A DNA stretch of 43,789 nucleotides from a virus. Its lineage: Duplodnaviria > Caudoviricetes. The stretch is taken from IMG/VR virus record IMGVR_UViG_3300020045_008873, positions 1-43,789 of that record. One strand, written 5' to 3'. Shown here one piece after another: positions 1-9,588 of this stretch. Under the pieces are notes generated by a model. That model ran no database searches, was not told the DNA's origin, and saw only the letters and a program-made list of their open reading frames with translations. Made by a program: the position numbers and the translations under genes. Within the stretch, counting starts at the first letter, position 1, and every line of letters starts with the position of its first letter.

Positions 1-781
1 CGCCTGCCTCAGCAATCGTTAAAAAGCGCTCCCATAAATTCACGCCACGTAGCTGAGCCGGAATAGTCGTCGGGTTCGTGAGTGATATTTTTGACACGTC
101 GCCATTATTGAAAAAGGTGGTCAGGTTATCCACCAGTGCCAGCCATGTCAGAATCGCCAGTGAAGCTGACGTGTCTGCCGCCGTGATACCTGTGAATAAC
201 TTCTGCCATTCAAGGGTGTGATAGATACCGATGCATTCCAGATGGACTAGATTAGCTTCACCGCCTGCCTGTGTAATAGCCGTTTGCGGAAAAGCCCGTT
301 GTGCCAGTACGGTGTTGCCAAGTACGGTGCGCTGTGTACCAACTGAGGTGTCAGGGCCGAACTCTATTTGTTCCTGCTTAATGCCGTAAATGGCTTGGCT
401 TGCCGTGTTATTTACAGGTGTGGTTTCAGCCGCCGCATTGGCCGCCGCCGTGTAAACAACACTGACGCGGTTTGCCATTTCATCAAGGCTTATGGTATAG
501 GCCGCGCCGCCTGCATTGAACGTGACACGGTTAATCAATCCCTCCCAGACGGGCAGGGCGGCATTGTCCACATATACCGCTACAAAACAGCCAAGATACT
601 GATTCAATATACCCATGCCTTCACCCTGCGATCTTACGGCCAGGTCACAGGAGGCAGTATCAAACCAGCCATTATTGACAATTGAATGTTGGTAGTTGTA
701 CACAGCATGGCTCTGAATAAAGGCCGTGCCTTGTTTCGGGCGATCATAAACGTGGATGGAGTGGATAGGTACAGTTGTCAT
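1..781 (-). CDS. Tail tip / baseplate-hub-like protein, partial (runs off left edge)
   Basis: Not in the ORF track. ATG at 781 overlaps the previous stop (ATGA). Frame reads MTTVPIHSIHVYDRPKQG...VWEGLINRV. Position after the distal tail gene. Confidence 0.65.
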   Translation of the reverse strand, partial: MTTVPIHSIHVYDRPKQGTAFIQSHAVYNYQHSIVNNGWFDTASCDLAVRSQGEGMGILNQYLGCFVAVYVDNAALPVWEGLINRVTFNAGGAAYTISLDEMANRVSVVYTAAANAAAETTPVNNTASQAIYGIKQEQIEFGPDTSVGTQRTVLGNTVLAQRAFPQTAITQAGGEANLVHLECIGIYHTLEWQKLFTGITAADTSASLAILTWLALVDNLTTFFNNGDVSKISLTNPTTIPAQLRGVNLWERFLTIAEAG

Positions 782-2541
782 GAGTCACGCACGCCTAGCC
801 ATCTTGGCACGATGTTCATCCGCACGGTGTAAGTGGCGCGCAACCCTTCACGCGGCGCGGCGGTAGAAATGTAATAATTTTGCAAAAAGTATAGGCGCTG
901 GCGTGTGCCTGGTTTCAAGGTTATCGGTTGCCCACGCACCTCAACCGCACTGCCTCCAGTTGTGATATAAGCATCGGCTGAACTGCGGTTGAAACTAAAG
1001 CCAACCTGACGAACATTGCCCCGCGCCAGATGTCCGGTATTGTCCAGAATGATACCCGCCTTAGATGTGCCAGTGATGGGCGTGGTTATCATATGAACCA
1101 TGCCCTCATCCATCGGAATAAGCATCACGTCAAGTAAGGTGAATTGTCGGTTAGCCGTTGCCACCAATACTTGCTGCTCCAGGATGACGCGCATGTTGTT
1201 GTTGGTGCTTTGCATAATCTGGCGACCATAGCCTTCAGCCGAAACAATTGAACGCTCGGAAAATGGATAGGTAATAGTGCCCATATAGGTAATGCCGTAA
1301 TCGATGTTATTATCCAACAGAGGCACGTACACTTCTGGTAATACCACCGGATTCACGGACTCAATATCAGTTCCTTCTGTGAACGTAAGTCGCATTTTCA
1401 TGTCACTCACCACCGGAGCGGCGGCGCTGGTATTGTAGGCTCGCACAAATACGGCATAAGTACCACGATATAATTCACGGTCAAGTTGAATGATGTTGGA
1501 AACTATAGGCGCTCCCCATACCGCTGCTGTAACATAGGCCGCATCTACGCCTGTCACCGTGCGAATGCCTGCATAGCTGGTGACTGCACTGTTGTTACTG
1601 AGGATACCGCTTACCACACCCACCGCCGTTTTAACCAGCACGCCTGAACCCTGATGGTCGCCTGCATTCAAGTTCAGTGCCATTGCACGCGGTACACCGT
1701 CATGGCCTGTGCCCGTGAGCGGCTTGCTGGTGCGCCCAATATAGGTATTAATCGGCTTGCCTATAAACAGCGCGTCGCTGGTATCAATTGACAGTTCTAC
1801 CAATGCGTCTGTGTCGCCTGGAACCAGCGCGGCGGGAATGTCGATATAGTTCTTGGTGATATAGGTTGTCTGCAAACCGACAGCCGCTGGCGACCATTCG
1901 TATTTGTTATTGAGTACTTCAGTGATGAGATGATCCGAACCGGTTAGCAATGCCGCCGTGTTCACATTGAACTGCGGGTTCGAGGGATTGACTTCGTATG
2001 TCCATATTTTCGGATTAGCCCCGGGCGGAATGCCTCGCCAGGCGGGTTCGCGTTCAATCGTCATATTGATACGAACAGACGGGGTAGGGGATTGTTCATA
2101 TTCGGGTGCAAGTTCAATATTGTAAATCATGGCGTACTGCGGCCCCGCGCCACAGTTTGCATACCACATGAGATACACAGGATCAATCTGATAATCCGAC
2201 TGCCAAAAGTCCCGACAGTCTGACACCATTTGATTAAGTGCATTCAACTGCCGCTGCACGCCTAAGTAACTGGTGTCCACAATGCGAATACTCATCTTCT
2301 CAGTGACGTTGCCCACCGGGGCGGCCAGCAAGGTACGCCCGTCTGCGATAGGACTGCTTGCCCATACGCCACCGCCCTTAATTGCGGGTATGTTTGGACT
2401 CCAGTCCTCAAGGCTGATAATGCCGCTCATCAGGTTCACTACCTGACGCGGGTTCTCTGCACTGTACGTGTCGCCAGGAGTTGCACCTATACCCTTGATT
2501 ATCTGAAGCTGCTTATGATCCAACCAATCGTGTTGTGTCAT
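778..2541 (-). CDS. Distal tail (Dit-like) protein with inserted beta-rich domains
   Basis: Directly follows the tape measure gene. 587 aa, beta-rich. Call rests on synteny. Confidence 0.6.
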   Translation of the reverse strand: MTQHDWLDHKQLQIIKGIGATPGDTYSAENPRQVVNLMSGIISLEDWSPNIPAIKGGGVWASSPIADGRTLLAAPVGNVTEKMSIRIVDTSYLGVQRQLNALNQMVSDCRDFWQSDYQIDPVYLMWYANCGAGPQYAMIYNIELAPEYEQSPTPSVRINMTIEREPAWRGIPPGANPKIWTYEVNPSNPQFNVNTAALLTGSDHLITEVLNNKYEWSPAAVGLQTTYITKNYIDIPAALVPGDTDALVELSIDTSDALFIGKPINTYIGRTSKPLTGTGHDGVPRAMALNLNAGDHQGSGVLVKTAVGVVSGILSNNSAVTSYAGIRTVTGVDAAYVTAAVWGAPIVSNIIQLDRELYRGTYAVFVRAYNTSAAAPVVSDMKMRLTFTEGTDIESVNPVVLPEVYVPLLDNNIDYGITYMGTITYPFSERSIVSAEGYGRQIMQSTNNNMRVILEQQVLVATANRQFTLLDVMLIPMDEGMVHMITTPITGTSKAGIILDNTGHLARGNVRQVGFSFNRSSADAYITTGGSAVEVRGQPITLKPGTRQRLYFLQNYYISTAAPREGLRATYTVRMNIVPRWLGVRDS

Positions 2542-2545
2542 ATCG

Positions 2546-5137
2546 TTATCCTTGCGCCGCCGCTAGGCCGCGAATGTTGGCAGCAGTAGAGTAGCCGAGT
2601 GAATCGGCTTGCGCTTCGCTCTGCACAATGTTGTTATTGACGACGCTGAAACTATTGCCACCGCGCCCTGAGAACGAACCGCCGGGAATGTATCCTTGCA
2701 AGGCTGCCATAATTTGTTCAGTGGTGCGATTGTTCAGCACGGCAAGATTACGATCTGTCGTAATAATCTCGCGGCCTTGTTCGCCTGCCATGAATGTACC
2801 GGTAGCATTGCCACCGAGCGCCTTGCCCGTTTTGGCGACGTTGGTAGCACCTGCCCCTGCCAACCCTCGTGCGGTTGCCATAAGTGAAGTCAGCGCCCCG
2901 TTCACGGCGCTTAAGCCAGCGGCGGCGGCGGGGGCATTACCCGCCACCGAACTAAGTGAACCTGCTAACATGCTGACAGGTCGAGCGCTGGCTACGGCGG
3001 CGCTGGCTTGTTCTTTGGTAGCAGTGGCTACTGCAGCTACAGCAGGTGCAGCGGCAGCGGCATTCGTGCCCTGTGTGGCGGTGGTGGTTGCCAGTTCCCC
3101 GACAGGCGCGGTTGTCGTTTCGGCAGCTACTGCAAGGTCAGTGGCTTTAGTGGCTGCCGCGTCCAAGTTCATTCCAAAGTCAGCGTCAATCAATTCCTCA
3201 ACACTGCCCTGACTGGCTTCTACCGCCGCGTCAATGTTGGCTTGTAAACCTGCTACGGCTTCGGGGGACAGGGCAGGGGCGGTGTTAATCACAATGCCTT
3301 GATCCAACGCCTCTTGCAGCTTCGCGCCACCTTCCCGCAGTGCCACGTCACCCACTGTAATATCAAGGCCGCTCAGGTCGGGGGCAAGCTGGTAATTAGC
3401 CGCCTGTGTTTGGATTGCATCGAGTACCGCCTGCGCCTGTGTAACCGCGCCGCTTTCAATCAGGCCGCCCACTGTGGTACTGAGTATCTCGGATATATCA
3501 CCAGCGCCTACGCCGCGTGCAATGGCGGTAGAAATTTCACCACTGATTTCATCGGCATTGCCTACCGTTAAATCGAATGAAAGCTGCTGTTCTCCGAGGC
3601 GGGCAATAGCCGCATCCGTTCCCTTCTTCGCTTCCCAGTTCTCAGGGCTTAAGGACTGAATACTTGACACCACCTGCAACAAAGCAATGACGAAATTACC
3701 TAGCATGGATTCAAGCCCTTGAAACTCATCATCGAATCCAATTGGCTTCAGGGCAACCGTGAGCGCATCGCCTAGCGTGCCACCTTCGGATAGCGTGTTA
3801 AGCGCGTCCTGAATACCTGTTTTCAGTGCAGCAATCTTACCGGGAAGGTCAATGGATTCGCTTGATAGGAACTCAGTTGCGGCCTGTTGTGCTGCCAGCA
3901 TGAAGTCATCTATCGCACCACGCAAACTATCATCAATGGCTACGCCTGCGTCAACTGCCGCCCCCTCCACATTTGCGAAGATCGTACTGGCTTGTTCCGG
4001 TGTGATTTCAAGAAATGAGCTAAACGTTTTAGCGCCCTGCTTACCACCAACCAGGTTAGTGAATAACGCTTCCCGTTCGGTATCCGTCAGTCCGGGGGCA
4101 GTCTTGATTGCATCAATAACCGATGTGAAGAAGTCAGCACTCCACGCCTCACCCGTTTCAGCCGGGTTCGCAATGCCTAGAATATCCAGTGTGGTACTTA
4201 CATCTGAAGTATCATTGCCCGCCGCATTGGTCACGTTCTGCTTAATCTTAACCAGTACATCAACCACTGACTGCGCACTCTTAAAACCAGCGTCTAAGCC
4301 AGATGTGATGAAGCTGAGTGCTTCCGGCCCTGACACGCCTAAGTCATCTAAAGCAGTGGCATTGTTGTTAATCGTGGTCAGCAAGTCGCCAGCACGATTA
4401 GCACCATTCTGAAAAGCCACCGTTAGTAAGTCACCCGCCTCAGTAAAGCCAGGCGCAAGGTGGTTCGTGACCATCTGATTAAGCGTGTTGAGCACGTCTA
4501 TAGGACTGGCATCATCAAACACCTTTGTGAACGCTAAGGCCGCCCGCGCTGCCTCATCAACAGGCGCGCCTAACTGCGAGGCCGCAACCACCATATTGCC
4601 AACCTGGTCTATGCTACTGCCTAAGTCGTCATAGAATATGCCATTAATCAACTTGTCAGCATTCGGGATAGCGAAGCCCGTCTGTGCATTAACCTTTGCT
4701 ACTGCCTCCTCCACCGATAGCAGCGGATCGACTGCGAACGTTTTGACATTGCCTAGCAGTTCTACTGCATTCCCGGCAATGTTCCATACGGTTTCAATGA
4801 TTTTAAGGTTTCTAAGTGTCTCAACTGCGCTTAAAGTTTTTTCAGCAGTATCGGTTTGAGTGACATCTACCTCCGCATCAATCTGCGGGTTCTCGTCACC
4901 TTCAAATGGTAATGGATCACCTTCGACGGATGTCTCAATAGCTAAGTCTATTGTCTCACCGTCGAGCGGCAAGTCGCCTAAGTCAACGCCGCTGGTGTCT
5001 ACTTCAACGCCCAACGAAATAGTCTGGTCACCGATGGACTCAAATTCCTCAACCGACGCAATTAAATTGTCAACATCGGTTACAGCTTGTTCAGTTTCGG
5101 CGACTAGTTTTATTCCGCTTTCCGGTAGTGCTGGCAT
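2546..5137 (-). CDS. Tape measure protein
   Basis: 863 aa, Ala/Gly-rich helical, follows the tail chaperones. C-terminal ALGG...MAGEQGRE motif is typical of TMPs. Confidence 0.85.
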   Translation of the reverse strand: MPALPESGIKLVAETEQAVTDVDNLIASVEEFESIGDQTISLGVEVDTSGVDLGDLPLDGETIDLAIETSVEGDPLPFEGDENPQIDAEVDVTQTDTAEKTLSAVETLRNLKIIETVWNIAGNAVELLGNVKTFAVDPLLSVEEAVAKVNAQTGFAIPNADKLINGIFYDDLGSSIDQVGNMVVAASQLGAPVDEAARAALAFTKVFDDASPIDVLNTLNQMVTNHLAPGFTEAGDLLTVAFQNGANRAGDLLTTINNNATALDDLGVSGPEALSFITSGLDAGFKSAQSVVDVLVKIKQNVTNAAGNDTSDVSTTLDILGIANPAETGEAWSADFFTSVIDAIKTAPGLTDTEREALFTNLVGGKQGAKTFSSFLEITPEQASTIFANVEGAAVDAGVAIDDSLRGAIDDFMLAAQQAATEFLSSESIDLPGKIAALKTGIQDALNTLSEGGTLGDALTVALKPIGFDDEFQGLESMLGNFVIALLQVVSSIQSLSPENWEAKKGTDAAIARLGEQQLSFDLTVGNADEISGEISTAIARGVGAGDISEILSTTVGGLIESGAVTQAQAVLDAIQTQAANYQLAPDLSGLDITVGDVALREGGAKLQEALDQGIVINTAPALSPEAVAGLQANIDAAVEASQGSVEELIDADFGMNLDAAATKATDLAVAAETTTAPVGELATTTATQGTNAAAAAPAVAAVATATKEQASAAVASARPVSMLAGSLSSVAGNAPAAAAGLSAVNGALTSLMATARGLAGAGATNVAKTGKALGGNATGTFMAGEQGREIITTDRNLAVLNNRTTEQIMAALQGYIPGGSFSGRGGNSFSVVNNNIVQSEAQADSLGYSTAANIRGLAAAQG

Positions 5138-5143
5138 TATGAC

Positions 5144-5425
5144 TTACCTGTTTTTTCTTTTGCGCTCGGATTCGCGTTCACGTTCTTTCGCTTTGTCCCA
5201 CTGGCGCATGTTATTTATTGCACCGTCAGCCACGCTTGCGCCTGTAATCATCATACGCGAAAAGCGGTCTTTTTGGAAATAGGCGTCGGGGTCAATGCCG
5301 AATTTCATGCAAGCAGTTACCTCTGCCCATAGCTGGTCAGAGGCGTTTACTTTAGGGGTATCAAAGAATGCAGGATGACTGTTAAGCCACTGTTCAACAG
5401 GCGAGTAATTATATTCGAGGCCGAA
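5144..5425 (-). CDS. Tail assembly chaperone gpT part, probably reached by +1 frameshift
   Basis: Open frame FGLEYNYSPVEQWLN...MKFGIDPDAYFQKDRFSRMMI...KRKNR* begins at TTC TTT CGG (5421-5429) near the end of gpG and stops just before the TMP start. Confidence 0.7.
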   Translation of the reverse strand, partial: FGLEYNYSPVEQWLNSHPAFFDTPKVNASDQLWAEVTACMKFGIDPDAYFQKDRFSRMMITGASVADGAINNMRQWDKAKERERESERKRKNR

Positions 5426-5990
5426 AGAAACGTATCCCGGTTATGACTTCCCCCGGCGTGAGTGCCACTGTCTGAATTGCCAGTTGAATAATCCTGGAAT
5501 AATCCGAACTCGTCGGTTTCAGGTTCTTGTCGCTATCCACGCCAACTTGATTCCAACTGAGTACCAGATGCTTAAGCACGATGTCGTAGTCGCTGTCGTC
5601 TTTGTCAAACGTGGCAATCTTGCGCAGCTTTGCCAGTTCGTCCTTAAAGGCCGCTACCATATCCTCTGGCGTGGGGAAAGCCGGGCAGTGCGTGGCGTAA
5701 TCGAATATAGCGCGATCTGTCCACTGCGCCCGCTCACTGTCCACCTTGAGGCAGGCCGCTACATATTCCGGGTTATCCTCGGCAGGCGTGAGTTGGTTAT
5801 CAGCAAAGGAGTTTTCTTCAGGTTGCTGATAAGGCGCTTTGTCGGGATAGGGGAAGGTATCCTGTGCTTTCAGTTGAATGGCACGAAGTAGTGGTAAATT
5901 TAGTGGCGTGATGTGGAAGATGATACCGCTGTAAGTTTCGTACACGATGAGGGCTTTTCTGCCCTCATCGTTATTGCTGTTCTCTGACAT
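5409..5990 (-). CDS. Tail assembly chaperone (gpG-like)
   Basis: Between tail tube and TMP, AGGAG SD, overlapping downstream frame. Confidence 0.75.
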   Translation of the reverse strand: MSENSNNDEGRKALIVYETYSGIIFHITPLNLPLLRAIQLKAQDTFPYPDKAPYQQPEENSFADNQLTPAEDNPEYVAACLKVDSERAQWTDRAIFDYATHCPAFPTPEDMVAAFKDELAKLRKIATFDKDDSDYDIVLKHLVLSWNQVGVDSDKNLKPTSSDYSRIIQLAIQTVALTPGEVITGIRFFRPRI

Positions 5991-5998
5991 TTTTACAC

Positions 5999-6031
5999 TC
6001 CTGACTGTAAGCCTAGTTCTGACTGCTAGGC
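5999..6031 (-). promoter_or_regulatory. Leader with two CAGTCAG boxes, one in a hairpin loop and one overlapping the SD
   Basis: Minus strand reads gcctag-CAGTCAGaa-ctaggc-tta-CAGTCAGGAG-tgtaaaa-ATG. Confidence 0.55.
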
Positions 6032-7591
6032 CGGGCGAACCATTCCGATGAAGGCGTACGTCTCATGTACTTCGCCGACGCTAACCCCCATGTTCACATT
6101 GGCAGGCGCGAAGCTGTTAATACCGAAGTTGCCGGGCGTAGTGAATGCACCGATAACCTCAACATCATTGCCCAGGTTGCCACCGCTGAAATCACGCAAG
6201 ATGCGACAGGTTGCATCGGTATTGGCTTGCACCACAAAGAGCGTATTGCCCTGATACCCGGCAAAGTTCATATCACGGATTGCGCCAATACCCGTACGGT
6301 CAAACGGCATATTCTTGAACACAACCACAGTGGCATTCACATTACGCGAGCGCCAGATTTCACCGCCCGACGTGCCAAGAAACACTTCATTACCGCGTGT
6401 CGGTGGGCAGCGTACGCTGTTGATATTGGCAGATAGCGTATTGAGCGATGCATCACGCACCGCAACCAGTGAGGCGCTGAACTGCGATTGTCCCGGTGTT
6501 TTGATGAGACGAACGAACACACCACTGTTACCACCTGCATACGCATTGCCGCCATCGAAAGCGTGGATAGCGTTCAGGTTCTGTGTGGTGATGACGCCTG
6601 TGTCATAGGTGAGGGTGTAGGTAATGCCGCCATCAGTGGACAGCCATACACGCCCGCCATTGCCGACTGCGAGGATTGTGCTGCTATCAATCGCCACCGC
6701 CGCTTTGGGGAAGTTAGTGGAGGTGATACCACTAAAGCCGCTGGCACTTGCCCACAAAAGGGGGTCTGCCACGCCGTTATAGATGTCAGCCAATTGCGCG
6801 TAAATCGGTGCTTTGCTGTCACTGAATACCAGCACGCGGCTGCCTGCCAGTACCACGTCCAACGCATCAGCACCGACATAGATACCGATACGCACGCCCG
6901 TGCGTGTCACCCAGCGATCCACCGTCCAGTACAGCCAGGGAGCGCTGCCGCCTGCATACGCCGGTGAACTGTCACGATCTGTCACCGCCAGCCATGCGTC
7001 CTCTTCAGTCGTGCCTGTCACATTGCACGCACCCGCGCAAGTTTCGGCGCTGATACCAATCACGCGATTGAAGGCAATGTCAGCTGTGGTGAGTGAGATG
7101 TCATCATGCGCCACTGCCGTCCAGATTTCTTCAAGCGTGGAAGTGAGCGCCAGTGAGCGCAGCACGTCCGTTCCCTGCCCATCCATCACGGCGAGTCCAT
7201 TGTCGAATGACTTGCTGGTAAAGGTTGTTTCCAGATAGCCCACCATGCCGGGTGCAACATAGGCTGTCATGTTGGAACGGTTCGGAGCGCAATACTGGCG
7301 AGCGCGTAGAGTGAAGGGACAGGTTAGCCGCTTCAGGGCGTTCTCTGATGTGTAGGGATAGGTGAGATTGAAAGTCATGTCATCCGGGTTGCCCGTGTAC
7401 ACAATAGAGCGCGGTTGCAAGCCGCCTTTTTCGCCACGTCCCCACATGGTAGAACGCGCCCGCCCGCCGCCGCTAGGCGCGTCAATAGCGGCATTTTGAT
7501 CCATCACTGCCCAGGCATTACCGGGGCCGCCCACCTGAATATCAACGGTGCTTGCGTCACCACCATTTCGCCATTGGAGTCCTACTGCCAT
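6026..7591 (-). CDS. Major tail (tube) protein with C-terminal BNR/Asp-box beta-propeller
   Basis: Immediately upstream of the chaperones. Repeats such as WLSTDGGITY, WRSRNVNAT, AVGNGG and AGGNSG in the C-terminal two thirds. Confidence 0.65.
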   Translation of the reverse strand: MAVGLQWRNGGDASTVDIQVGGPGNAWAVMDQNAAIDAPSGGGRARSTMWGRGEKGGLQPRSIVYTGNPDDMTFNLTYPYTSENALKRLTCPFTLRARQYCAPNRSNMTAYVAPGMVGYLETTFTSKSFDNGLAVMDGQGTDVLRSLALTSTLEEIWTAVAHDDISLTTADIAFNRVIGISAETCAGACNVTGTTEEDAWLAVTDRDSSPAYAGGSAPWLYWTVDRWVTRTGVRIGIYVGADALDVVLAGSRVLVFSDSKAPIYAQLADIYNGVADPLLWASASGFSGITSTNFPKAAVAIDSSTILAVGNGGRVWLSTDGGITYTLTYDTGVITTQNLNAIHAFDGGNAYAGGNSGVFVRLIKTPGQSQFSASLVAVRDASLNTLSANINSVRCPPTRGNEVFLGTSGGEIWRSRNVNATVVVFKNMPFDRTGIGAIRDMNFAGYQGNTLFVVQANTDATCRILRDFSGGNLGNDVEVIGAFTTPGNFGINSFAPANVNMGVSVGEVHETYAFIGMVRPA

Positions 7592-7604
7592 AATGTTAAT
7601 CCTC

Positions 7605-8099
7605 TCATGAAGCTAGTGCTTTTGTGACTTGTGAATTGACTCGATCCTGCAAAGAAGGGATTAGTTCGTTAGTTATTGTTTCAATGAATTTTCTAGGTTT
7701 AATACCTGGGTGTATTGTTGTTTTAGTTGATACCCAACTGCCAAATGATTGCCCGCTCCCCTGATTAAACTTGTTTACTGGTGCCGTCCTGGCGCTGTAC
7801 CCGGTACGGAACTTGAGGCGCGGCGCGTTCTTAGCTGCAATGATATACGGCCCCTTCGTCCCTTTGTCCACATAACCGAATATTTTGACGTTGCGCCCTT
7901 TTGGTTTAATGGTCAATTCCATACGCGATTTCGTAACGACTATCGTGTCATCAAAATCCACCTTATGTGACCAGTCCCTTACCACGTCACGCAATCCCGA
8001 CTGAATATCATCAGACGCATTGGTAAGTGCAATGGTAGTCGCTTCTATCACCTTGCGCTTAATCTCTTTCAGGTGTGCAGCGGCCTGTTTCTTGCTCAC
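7605..8099 (-). CDS. HK97 gp10-like neck / head-tail component
   Basis: Basic 164 aa protein with YVDKGT and HPGIKPRKF motifs, plus synteny. Confidence 0.7.
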   Translation of the reverse strand: MSKKQAAAHLKEIKRKVIEATTIALTNASDDIQSGLRDVVRDWSHKVDFDDTIVVTKSRMELTIKPKGRNVKIFGYVDKGTKGPYIIAAKNAPRLKFRTGYSARTAPVNKFNQGSGQSFGSWVSTKTTIHPGIKPRKFIETITNELIPSLQDRVNSQVTKALAS

Positions 8100-8275
8100 T
8101 ACTTATCCAGCCACACCAACACGCAACCAATAACGCAAAACACTGCCGCTACGATTGCGAACGGAGCAGGGAGTGCCAGCGCCCATACGCATACGGCGAA
8201 CGTTACACCTGTAATGAAAAGTTTTGTGCCGATGATAGCGCTCCATTTACACAAATAAAAAAGGACGGTATGCAT
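8099..8275 (-). CDS. Small two-TM membrane protein (58 aa)
   Basis: MHTVLFYLCKWSAIIGTKLFITGVTFAVCVWALALPAPFAIVAAVFCVIGCVLVWLDK. ATG 8275 lies in a terminator loop with an AGGA SD in the stem. Stop abuts the next GTG. Confidence 0.45.
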   Translation of the reverse strand: MHTVLFYLCKWSAIIGTKLFITGVTFAVCVWALALPAPFAIVAAVFCVIGCVLVWLDK

Positions 8276-8284
8276 TACCGTCCT
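8257..8284 (-). terminator. Intrinsic terminator
   Basis: aggacggta-atgca-taccgtcct followed by a T run. Confidence 0.75.
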
Positions 8285-8395
8285 GACTGCGGTGTCCTGA
8301 CTTGTTCGCTTCAGTCGGTGGGGAGGTTGCCCTCCCTGCCTCATGAGTAACCGTGCAACGAGTCAGGGTCGTTGCCGTATGCCTACGTGGCTACG
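8257..8395 (-). ncRNA. Putative structured small RNA or regulatory leader
   Basis: Between a sigma70-like promoter and an intrinsic terminator. Hairpins cgtagcc/ggcatacg, gcaacga-ccctgac-tcgttgc and gggagg-GCAA-cctccc (GNRA loop). Confidence 0.6.
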
Positions 8396-8400
8396 AATTA

Positions 8401-8430
8401 AGTATACACGTTTTTTGTTAGGCGCGTCAA
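8401..8430 (-). promoter_or_regulatory. Sigma70-like promoter
   Basis: TTGACG-18 nt-TATACT in intergenic DNA. Confidence 0.7.
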
Positions 8431-8431
8431 T

Positions 8432-9151
8432 TTAAACCGTTCCTGCAAACAGCACCGGATACTTTCGCCGCGCCATATCACGATAGAATTGCCAGTACGT
8501 GCCTGCTAGTGCCGTCCGCTGGTTGCCCTCCGGCTTTAGGTAGCGGCTGTACACAATCGCGTCAATTTGCCTTGCTTGCACCCCCCCATTCACCAGCGCA
8601 CATTGCAGGCCGAAATCCTCAGCATAGGCAAAATCAGGATCAAAGCCGCCCACGCGCTGCCAATCGGATTGATGAAACATAAACGTAACGCCCGTGATAT
8701 TCTTGCGCGTAAGTGAACCGGGCGGCGCGGCTTTAATGCGGTTCACTTCATTGCCGCTGTGCTCTAAGTAGTCGCCATACACGAACGTTCCCGGCTGCCA
8801 TGCGTCCAAGAGTGGCGCTAGGGAATGCAGTTCATCGTCAGCATCAAGGCAAACTATCAACGGTGCATATGCCATTTCAATCAGGAAGTTACGAGCAAAG
8901 TTCACGCCCGCCCGCACGGTATGAAGCATCGAATAGAACTCTAATTCAGGTGTGGACTGACACAATCCCTCAAGTATCTGGCGCGTGCCATCGGTGCTCG
9001 CATCATCATATACCAGTACCTCAGTAGCGCCCGCTTCCACTGCGCTGTTAATGGCGCGGGCTATGGTGGCTTCACCGTTACGAACTGGGATGATACAGGC
9101 TACCTCATTGGTTCGTGGTATCACGGTTAATTCATCCTGGTTTCCGTTCAC
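8432..9151 (-). CDS. Glycosyltransferase family 2
   Basis: IIPVRN, YDDASTDGT, LDADD, VGGFD...AEDF motifs. Confidence 0.9.
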   Translation of the reverse strand: MNGNQDELTVIPRTNEVACIIPVRNGEATIARAINSAVEAGATEVLVYDDASTDGTRQILEGLCQSTPELEFYSMLHTVRAGVNFARNFLIEMAYAPLIVCLDADDELHSLAPLLDAWQPGTFVYGDYLEHSGNEVNRIKAAPPGSLTRKNITGVTFMFHQSDWQRVGGFDPDFAYAEDFGLQCALVNGGVQARQIDAIVYSRYLKPEGNQRTALAGTYWQFYRDMARRKYPVLFAGTV

Positions 9152-9588
9152 TCTTTAGGCTCATATACTAATGCCGCCCGGCCTTTCATGGTGATATAGA
9201 AAAACATCACACGACCATCGGCAGCGCGAGGGTCATATTCCTTTGTCAGTAAACCTTCAGTAACCATGTTATAGGCTTGACGCATTTTAGTTTCCTCGTT
9301 GGTTCTGATGCTCATGCCAAACTCGCCTTGTGCTGCCTTCAGTGTTTGCCATTGCGATTTCGATAACCCGCTGTAGGGGGTTTTCATCTCACGAATACGC
9401 CGCGCCAGTTCTAACACAATCTCACGGGCTGAAGCAATGAATAGGGCGGTCTCTGCGTCGGGTACTTCAAAAGTTTTGCCCGTTTCATAGTTGATAACTA
9501 CATTGCCACTGATAGCACCTAACTCAGCGCACGATTCAACAGCCACATTAACCAGTTTAATGAGTTCAATGTCTTTGTATTCGCTCAC
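9148..9588 (-). CDS. Hypothetical protein, possible C-terminal winged helix
   Basis: GTGA overlaps on both sides. LSKSQWQTL...EGLL...YITMKGRAAL pattern. Confidence 0.55.
   Translation of the reverse strand: MSEYKDIELIKLVNVAVESCAELGAISGNVVINYETGKTFEVPDAETALFIASAREIVLELARRIREMKTPYSGLSKSQWQTLKAAQGEFGMSIRTNEETKMRQAYNMVTEGLLTKEYDPRAADGRVMFFYITMKGRAALVYEPKE

Noticed and set aside
2628-5282. Long plus-strand ORFs opposite the tape measure gene (also opposite portal and helicase)
   Set aside because: Shadow frames of well-supported minus-strand genes.
8120-8192. Three ACGCA copies as a second binding array
   Set aside because: Too few, and mostly explained by TGC-GTN Cys-Val codons on the coding strand.
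8276-8344. Longer 81-aa start for the 8099 ORF
   Set aside because: The extension runs through the structured RNA and lacks a convincing SD.
8257-8395. Hammerhead, HDV-like ribozyme or tRNA
   Set aside because: No CUGANGA/GAAA core, nested double pseudoknot or cloverleaf could be traced by eye.
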